Below are positions 57,627 to 64,000 of a stretch of DNA of 64,000 nucleotides, in pieces. Numbering within the stretch: position 1 is the stretch's first letter; every line of letters starts with the position of its first letter. The translations under genes and the position numbers were made by a program. This stretch comes from Planctomycetota bacterium. GTDB taxonomy: Bacteria; Planctomycetota; UBA1135; UBA2386. The stretch is from contig OZ245838.1 in NCBI GenBank assembly GCA_965228735.1, positions 5,024,001 to 5,088,000 on the forward strand. Reading direction: 5' to 3'. The notes under the pieces were generated by a model, which saw only the letters and a program-made list of their open reading frames with translations, made no database searches and was not told the DNA's origin.

Positions 57627-59858
57627 GTTGCCCTTCTTCTTGCGCTTGCGCTTGCGGGAGCGGCCGGCGCTGCTGTCGCCGTGGCTCGACGGCAGCTTCG
57701 ACTTCTGCAGCAGGGCGATCTGGCTGCGCAGTGGGGCTTCGCCCTCTTGCGGCTCGATGCGTTCGTAGGTGCCGTCGTGGAGCACGCGGCGCGCCTTCTG
57801 GTTGTCGCGCAGCGACACTTCCAGCACCTCGCTGCGCACGCGCGCCTTGAGCTCGGGGTCGAGAATCGGGAACGCGACTTCGACGCGGCGGTCCAGGTTG
57901 CGGATCATCCAGTCGGCCGATGAAAGGTAGACGAGCGGGTCGCCGGCGTTCTCGAAGCAGTAGATGCGGCTGTGTTCGAGGAAGCGGTCGACGATCGCCA
58001 CGACCTTGATGTTCTCGCTGAGCCCCGGGACACCGGGCCGCAGGCAACAGACGCTGCGCACGCAGAGCTCGATCTGCACGCCGGCCTGCGACGCTTCGTA
58101 GAGCGCGGTGATCACCTGCGGGTCGGCGAGGTTGTTGATCTTGGCGCGGATGCCGGCCGGCTTGCCGGCCTTGTGGTTCTTGATCTCCGCCTGGATGAGG
58201 GCGAGCGTCTTGTCACGCAGCGCGAACGGCGCCACGAGCAGGTGCTCCATGTGCGGCACGCGCGTGTGTCCCGTGATCATGTTGAAGGTCTCCGCGACCT
58301 CCTCGCCGATCTCGGGGTGCGCCGTAAGGAGGCCCGCGTCGGTGTAGAGCCGCGCGGTCGTCGGGTTGTAGTTGCCGGTGCCGAGGTGGCAGTAGCGCCG
58401 GAAGCCCTCGTCCTCGCGGCGGACGACGAGCGTGCACTTGGCGTGCGTCTTGAGGCCGACGATGCCGTACACGACGTGCACACCGGCCTTCTCCATGCGC
58501 CGCGCCCAGAGGATGTTGGCCTCCTCGTCGAACCGCGCCTTGAGCTCGATGATCGCGGTGACCTGCTTGCGTTGCTGTGCCGCCTCGATCAGGGCCTCGA
58601 CCATCGGGCTCTTGCTGCCCGCGCGGTAGATCGTCTGCTTGATGGCCATCACGCGCGGGTCGTGCGCGGCGAACTTGACGAAGTCCTCGACCGTCGCGAA
58701 CGAGTCGTACGGGTGGTGCAGCAGCACGTCGCCCTCGCGCAGGTCGGCGAACATCTCGCTCGCGCTGCCCCATCGCCACGCGCGGCGCGGCTTGGCCGGC
58801 TTGTCCTTGAGCAGCGGCAGGTCGAGCCGGTCGTACAGCTCCATGATGCGGCCGAGGTTGACCGGGCCGTCACAGAGATAGACGTCGTCGGGCTCGAGCG
58901 TGAACGCCTTGATGAAGCGGTCGATGACGTCCGGGTGCGCGCCCTGGTCGATCTCGAGGCGCACGGGTTCGCCGCGGCGCCGCTTGACGAGCTCCTTCTC
59001 GATCGAGCTCATCAGGTCGGTCGACTGGAACTCGTCGACGTCGATGTTGCTGTCGCGCGTGACGCGGAACGTCGTCACGTGCAGCACGTCGAGGCCGGGG
59101 AACAGCTCCTTGAGATTGTCGCGGACGATCTCGGCCGTGAAGACGTGCACGCTCTTGCCGTCGAGCTCGGGCACGCGCTGGATGCGCGGCAACGTGCGCG
59201 GCACCTGCACGACGGCCATGCGTGGGGTGCGGCGCGAGTGCCGCGGGTCGAGCAGCAGGATCGCGACGTTGAGCGACTTGTTGAGCAGGACCGGGAACGG
59301 GTGCGCCGGGTCGACCGCGAGCGGCGTGAGGATCGGGTAGATCTCCGCCTTGAACTGCTGGTCGATCCACTTCTGCTGCTTGCTGGTGAGCTGGTCGATC
59401 GCCTCGAACTCGATGCCTTCCTTGGCGAGTTCGGGCAGCAGCTCGTCGCGCCACGCCTTGTGCATCTCGACGCTGAACGCATGCGCGTCCTTGCGGATGC
59501 GGTCGAGCTCTTCCTGCGGCTTGAGGCCGTCGGGGTTCTCGCCGACGAGACCGGCTTCGACGAGCTCCATGACGCCGGCGACGCGGATCTCGAAGAACTC
59601 GTCGAGGTTGGTGCTCGAGATCGCCAGGAACTTGACGCGTTCGAGCAACGGGTTGGTCGGGTCGCGCGCCTCCTCGAGGACGCGCCGGTTGAACTGCAGC
59701 CACGACTGCTCGCGATTGACGAACAGCTCGGCCCGGTCGGCTTTCGTCACGTCGGGGCCGATGCTCTGCGCGGCCGGCGGGGGCTCCTGACCGGGCTTGC
59801 GGTCGCCGAAGTCGTCGTCGGCGAGGCGGTGAGTCGGGAATCCTGGTGAGTCGGTCAT
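57624..59858 (-). CDS. ppk1: Polyphosphate kinase 1
   Basis: NREQSWLQFNRRVL, NLDEFF, HHPYDSF, ELKARFDE, KTHAK, GTGNYN, RFLEHSR, SADWM. Confidence 0.97.
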   Translation of the reverse strand: MTDSPGFPTHRLADDDFGDRKPGQEPPPAAQSIGPDVTKADRAELFVNREQSWLQFNRRVLEEARDPTNPLLERVKFLAISSTNLDEFFEIRVAGVMELVEAGLVGENPDGLKPQEELDRIRKDAHAFSVEMHKAWRDELLPELAKEGIEFEAIDQLTSKQQKWIDQQFKAEIYPILTPLAVDPAHPFPVLLNKSLNVAILLLDPRHSRRTPRMAVVQVPRTLPRIQRVPELDGKSVHVFTAEIVRDNLKELFPGLDVLHVTTFRVTRDSNIDVDEFQSTDLMSSIEKELVKRRRGEPVRLEIDQGAHPDVIDRFIKAFTLEPDDVYLCDGPVNLGRIMELYDRLDLPLLKDKPAKPRRAWRWGSASEMFADLREGDVLLHHPYDSFATVEDFVKFAAHDPRVMAIKQTIYRAGSKSPMVEALIEAAQQRKQVTAIIELKARFDEEANILWARRMEKAGVHVVYGIVGLKTHAKCTLVVRREDEGFRRYCHLGTGNYNPTTARLYTDAGLLTAHPEIGEEVAETFNMITGHTRVPHMEHLLVAPFALRDKTLALIQAEIKNHKAGKPAGIRAKINNLADPQVITALYEASQAGVQIELCVRSVCCLRPGVPGLSENIKVVAIVDRFLEHSRIYCFENAGDPLVYLSSADWMIRNLDRRVEVAFPILDPELKARVRSEVLEVSLRDNQKARRVLHDGTYERIEPQEGEAPLRSQIALLQKSKLPSSHGDSSAGRSRKRKRKKKGN

Positions 59859-60098
59859 CGGCGAGTGCGGCCCCACACTCTAGGGCAGCACATGGTGAAC
59901 TCGCCCGGGGACCGCCCGGACGGGTGAGAATCTTCCGTGAAGATCGTCGCCCGGCGTGTCCCAGCCTGAGCCTCCCGGGGCCGAGACGTTCAGCGGCGCT
60001 CCCGGCGCGGCCGATTCGAGGCGGCGAGAGGGTGGCCGCCAGACGCCTGAAATCGAGATTGCGGCCGGGCTGCCCCAGCGACACGAGGAGGGCCAGAC

Positions 60099-61367
60099 AT
60101 GACGCTACAGACGACGGATCTACTGCACGCGATGGTTGCCAAGGGGGCGTCTGACCTCCACGTCAAGGCGGGTTCACCGCCCGGGTTTCGAATCGACGGC
60201 GAGGTCGAGCAGCAGGTCGAGCACGGGGTGCTCGAGCCGCAGCACACCGCCGCACTGGCGCGCCAGATCATGACGGACGACCAGTGGGAGCGCTTCGAGA
60301 ACGAGAAGGACATCGACTTCAGCTACGCGCTTCCCGGGATCGCCCGCTTCCGCGTCAATGCGCTGCACCAGCGCAACGCCTGCGGCTTCGTCATCCGCGT
60401 GATCCCGGACGAGATCCCGGACTACAACAAGCTCGGCCTGCCCGAGATCTGCCTCAAGCTCGCGGCCAAGCCGCGCGGTCTCGTCCTCGTCACCGGGCCC
60501 ACGGGCTCGGGCAAGTCGACGACGCTCGCGGCGATGATCGACTACATCAACCAGACCGAGGCCGGGCACATCCTCACGATGGAAGACCCGCTCGAGTTCA
60601 TCCACCCGGACAAGAAGAGCTACGTCACGCAGCGCCAGATCGGCCAGGACTGCGCGTCGTTCCGCGAGGGTCTGCGGCGCGCCTTGCGTCAGGACCCCGA
60701 TGTGATCCTGATCGGTGAGATGCGCGACCTCGAGACGATCTCGATGGCGATCACCGCGGCGGAGACGGGCCACCTGGTGTTCGGCACGCTGCACACGACG
60801 AGCGCGATCTCGACCGTCGACCGCATCATCGACGTGTTCCCGACCGACGCGCAGCAGCAGGTGCGCGTGCAGATGGCGAGCACGCTGCAGGGCGTGATCT
60901 CGCAGACGCTCGTGCCGAAGATCGGTGGCGGTCGCGTTGCGGCGCACGAGATCCTGGTCGGCACGGACGGCGTCAAGTCGCTCGTGCGCGAGGGCAAGAC
61001 GTCGCAGATGCTCAACCTCATGCAGACCGGCCGCGCGCACGGCATGCAGACGCTCGAGGATCAGCTCGTCAACCTCTACGCCGAGGGCAAGATCACGGCC
61101 GATGACGCGGTCGCGCGCGCCAACCGCCCCGACGACGTGAGGAAGCGCACCGAGTCGACGCAGGTGCGGCCGTCGGCCGCGACCGAACAACCGGGTGCGG
61201 GCATGGGCATGGCGCCGAAGGCCGGCGTCGGCGCGGGAGCGTCGCGCCGCGACATGGGCGACCCGAGCGGCGGCATGGGTGACATGGCCGGCGCCTCGCC
61301 GCGCCGCCCCGCGACCGGCGGCGGCGTGCAGGGGCTGAAGATGCGGCGGCCACAGAAGCGCCTGTAG
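60099..61367 (+). CDS. pilT: Type IV pilus retraction ATPase PilT/PilU
   Basis: SDLH, GPTGSGKSTT, EDPLE, ALRQDPDVILIGEMRD, AETGHLVFGTLHT. Confidence 0.93.
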   Translation: MTLQTTDLLHAMVAKGASDLHVKAGSPPGFRIDGEVEQQVEHGVLEPQHTAALARQIMTDDQWERFENEKDIDFSYALPGIARFRVNALHQRNACGFVIRVIPDEIPDYNKLGLPEICLKLAAKPRGLVLVTGPTGSGKSTTLAAMIDYINQTEAGHILTMEDPLEFIHPDKKSYVTQRQIGQDCASFREGLRRALRQDPDVILIGEMRDLETISMAITAAETGHLVFGTLHTTSAISTVDRIIDVFPTDAQQQVRVQMASTLQGVISQTLVPKIGGGRVAAHEILVGTDGVKSLVREGKTSQMLNLMQTGRAHGMQTLEDQLVNLYAEGKITADDAVARANRPDDVRKRTESTQVRPSAATEQPGAGMGMAPKAGVGAGASRRDMGDPSGGMGDMAGASPRRPATGGGVQGLKMRRPQKRL

Positions 61368-61396
61368 CTCGGCGCTCGGCCGCGGCCGCCGGCGGC

Positions 61397-61852
61397 TCAC
61401 GGCATGATCGTGATGCTGAGACCGCCGTTCATCAGCACGCACCCCGGGTTCACGGGGTCGTTCGGCTGGGTGCAGCCGTGCTGGAACCAGAACGCGGCGC
61501 CGACGAGCCCCGGGTTGTTGGGGATCGGGAACGGCACGAGGAAGCCCGGGTTGATGAGGATCACGAGCGGATTGCCGTCGACGAGCTGACAGCCCGGGTC
61601 GCACGTGATCGGCGGCAGCAGCGGCGTCGGCGTCGCGGGCATCACGCCCATGATGTCGATGTGCAGCCCGCTGCCGCACGGCGGCAGCGGCGAGATCGCG
61701 AAATTGGTGTTGCCGACCTGCGGGTTGCCACCGCCGAAGCCGCTGAAGCCGGGGAAGCTCGGGCAACCGCCCGGCAGGATGCCGACCTGCGCGGTAGCCA
61801 TCGTGGCAAGGGCGCAGAGCACGAACGCGAGGAATGGCAGAGTGCGGAGCAT
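61397..61852 (-). CDS. Small secreted protein consisting mainly of the lineage-type C-terminal domain
   Basis: Signal ending ATAQ; PQVGN...FPIPNNPGLVGAAFWFQ. Confidence 0.75.
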   Translation of the reverse strand: MLRTLPFLAFVLCALATMATAQVGILPGGCPSFPGFSGFGGGNPQVGNTNFAISPLPPCGSGLHIDIMGVMPATPTPLLPPITCDPGCQLVDGNPLVILINPGFLVPFPIPNNPGLVGAAFWFQHGCTQPNDPVNPGCVLMNGGLSITIMP

Positions 61853-61999
61853 CGCCGGATTGTAGTCGCCGGTCCCGAGCGGCCCGTTCCCGTTGACCTT
61901 CGGTACACGATCGGCGCAACTCTCTCGCCGCATCCGCAGAGGGGTTTCCGATCGCCGGGTTTTCGTGCGCGAGATCGTCCGTAAGGTGCCGCGCCCGGA

Positions 62000-64000
62000 A
62001 TGTCCGCCCCGATCCGCAACACCTTGCTCGGCCTGCTTGCCGTGCTGCCGTTCGCCGTGGCCGTGGCGGCGCAGGGACCGCGGCTGAAGGACGCGAGACG
62101 AACGGCGGAGATCGGGCGCATCGCGAGCGCGGATGCGCCGCGGCTCGACGGCGTGCTCGACGACCCGTGCTGGCAGAGCGCGCCGGCGATCGGCGACTTC
62201 GTCATGGTCGAGCCGTGGGAGGGACGGACGCCCGACCAGCGCACCGAGATCCGGTTGCTGCACGACAGCGACAACTTCTACATCTACCTCTACTGCTACG
62301 ACGATCAGCCACAGCACATCCGTGCCACCCAGCGGTCGCGCGACGCGCGGCTCGATCCCGACGATCGCGTCGAGTTCATCCTCGACTCGTTCGAGAACCG
62401 GCGCACGGGCTACTTCTTCCAGATCGGCGCGGGCGGTTCGCTCGGCGATGCGCTGATCTCGCAGAACGGCAACGGCTTCGACAAGCCGTGGGACGCGGTC
62501 TGGGATGCGCGCGCGCGCGTCGTGGCCGACGGCTGGGTCGCGGAGGCCGTGATCCCGTTCCGCAGCATCCCGCGGCAGGAAGGGGCGCTGGCCTGGGGTT
62601 TCAACTGCCGGCGCTACCTGCGCGAGCGCAACGAAGAGCACCAGTGGGCCAACGCGGTGCAGAACGTGCCGTTCTTCCGGATCAGCGAGCTCGGCCGCGT
62701 CACGGGGCTCGGTCCGATCAAGCCCGGCATCGGGCTCGACGTCGTGCCCTTTCTCGCGGCCGGGATCTCGCGCGATCGCGCGATCGATCGTGATGACTGG
62801 GACTTCGACCCCGACGCGGGTGGCGAGCTCTACTACCGCATCACGCCGTCGATGACGGTCGCCGCGACGCTGTTCACCGACTTCGCGCAGACGGAGAACG
62901 ACGGCCGGCAGATCAACTTCAACCGCTTCCCGCTGTTCTTTCCCGAGAAGCGCGACTTCTTCCTCGACGGCATCAGCTACTTCCAGTTCGGCGCGCAACG
63001 CGCGGGTGGGACGACGTTCTTGCCGTACTTCACGCGTCGCATCGGACTACAGCGCGGCCAGATCGTGCCGCTGCTCGGCGGCGTCAAGCTGACGGGCGAG
63101 GCGGGGCCGTTCGAGGTCGGCCTCATCGACGTGCAGACCGACGAGACGGCGAGCCTCGACAGCGAGAACCTCGGCGTAGCCAGGCTCAAGTACGCGGCCG
63201 GCGAACAGACGACGATCGGGATGATCGCGACCAACGGTGATCCGACGAGCGCCGGCGAGAACCGGGTCGGCGGCCTCGACTTCTACCATCGCTGGCCCGA
63301 GCTGGTCGGCGACATGGACCTGCAGCTGTCGATGGACGTCGTCGGCTCCACGGGGTCGAGCACCGACGACGACGGCGAGAGCTTCGGCTTCCAGCTGCAG
63401 AGTCGCGGCACCGAGTTCGAGTTCGAGATCGGAACGCGCTGGGTGAGCGACGACTTCGATCCGAGCCTCGGGTTCGTGCGGCGGCGTGGTTCGCGAGCCT
63501 CGGAGATCGAGGCCGCGTATCGCCCGCGGGTGTCGGAGGGCGGCCTGATCCGGAGCTTCAACTTCGCGGTCGACGTCGACCGGCAGGACGAGTGGGACGG
63601 CAAGACGCAGGTGATGAGCTACGGCCTCGACGAGGTCGGCGTGCTGTTCCACAGCAGCGACCGCGCATGGTTCTTCGCGTCCCGCAACTTCGAGTTCGTC
63701 GATCGCGACTTCACGCTGTTTCGCGACTCGACCCCCGTCGCTGCGGGCGACTATTGGGCGACGCGCTACGGCTTCCGGATCCAGACGGGCGATCACCGGC
63801 CGTGGGACGTGCAGCTGACCGCGTCGACGGGCGACTTCTTCGACGGCGAGCGCGATTCCATCGGCGTCGACCTCAACCTGCGGTTCTCCGGGTTGATCGA
63901 GGTCGGCGCCGAGTACGACGTGTCCCTCGTGGACCTCGGGCCGGGCCGGAAGTTCGACGCGCACATCGCCGCGGGCCGGTGCGACGTCCACTTCACGCCG
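62000..64000 (+). CDS. CBM9-like + DUF5916 outer-membrane protein, 3'-truncated by the window edge (absent from the ORF track)
   Basis: ATG 62000; signal ending AAQ; PRLDGVLDD...W, TDFAQTE, RFPLFFPEKRDFF, FTRRIG. Confidence 0.85.
   Translation, partial: MSAPIRNTLLGLLAVLPFAVAVAAQGPRLKDARRTAEIGRIASADAPRLDGVLDDPCWQSAPAIGDFVMVEPWEGRTPDQRTEIRLLHDSDNFYIYLYCYDDQPQHIRATQRSRDARLDPDDRVEFILDSFENRRTGYFFQIGAGGSLGDALISQNGNGFDKPWDAVWDARARVVADGWVAEAVIPFRSIPRQEGALAWGFNCRRYLRERNEEHQWANAVQNVPFFRISELGRVTGLGPIKPGIGLDVVPFLAAGISRDRAIDRDDWDFDPDAGGELYYRITPSMTVAATLFTDFAQTENDGRQINFNRFPLFFPEKRDFFLDGISYFQFGAQRAGGTTFLPYFTRRIGLQRGQIVPLLGGVKLTGEAGPFEVGLIDVQTDETASLDSENLGVARLKYAAGEQTTIGMIATNGDPTSAGENRVGGLDFYHRWPELVGDMDLQLSMDVVGSTGSSTDDDGESFGFQLQSRGTEFEFEIGTRWVSDDFDPSLGFVRRRGSRASEIEAAYRPRVSEGGLIRSFNFAVDVDRQDEWDGKTQVMSYGLDEVGVLFHSSDRAWFFASRNFEFVDRDFTLFRDSTPVAAGDYWATRYGFRIQTGDHRPWDVQLTASTGDFFDGERDSIGVDLNLRFSGLIEVGAEYDVSLVDLGPGRKFDAHIAAGRCDVHFTP

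Overview
High-GC bacterial chromosome segment, most likely a Planctomycetota lineage. This is inferred from three ECF sigma factors fused to long extracytoplasmic carboxypeptidase-regulatory-like repeats, a sulfatase and many Ala-Gln-cleaved secreted proteins. The flanks are mostly housekeeping and envelope genes: M20 peptidase, VPS10/BNR protein, OsmC, DjlA-like, DMT, deoxyhypusine-synthase-like, sugar ABC components, SGNH hydrolase, MFS, ZntB, MscK-like, sulfatase, ppk1, pilT and a DUF5916-type protein. The main accessory feature is a 13.8-kb element integrated in tRNA-Asp(GTC), bounded by a 55-bp direct repeat (26562-26616 / 40355-40409). It encodes an integrase, three HTH/excisionase-like proteins, a Rep-like protein with internal iteron-like repeats, a TerS-like protein and a nuclease-domain-only TerL-like protein. 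No capsid or tail genes were recognised, so it is phage-satellite-like. Most striking: the element carries a second, arm-less tyrosine recombinase next to an array of at least seven 28-bp quasi-palindromic sites in two related families. These sites sit at the boundaries of the cargo genes, which suggests an integron/pdif-like gene-cassette system built into a satellite. Other notable items are a circularly permuted RbsB-like binding protein, a C-terminal domain shared by five secreted proteins, a candidate sRNA, and a REPIN-like hairpin whose ends are the stop codons of two convergent genes. All family assignments come from motif recognition by eye; no searches were run.
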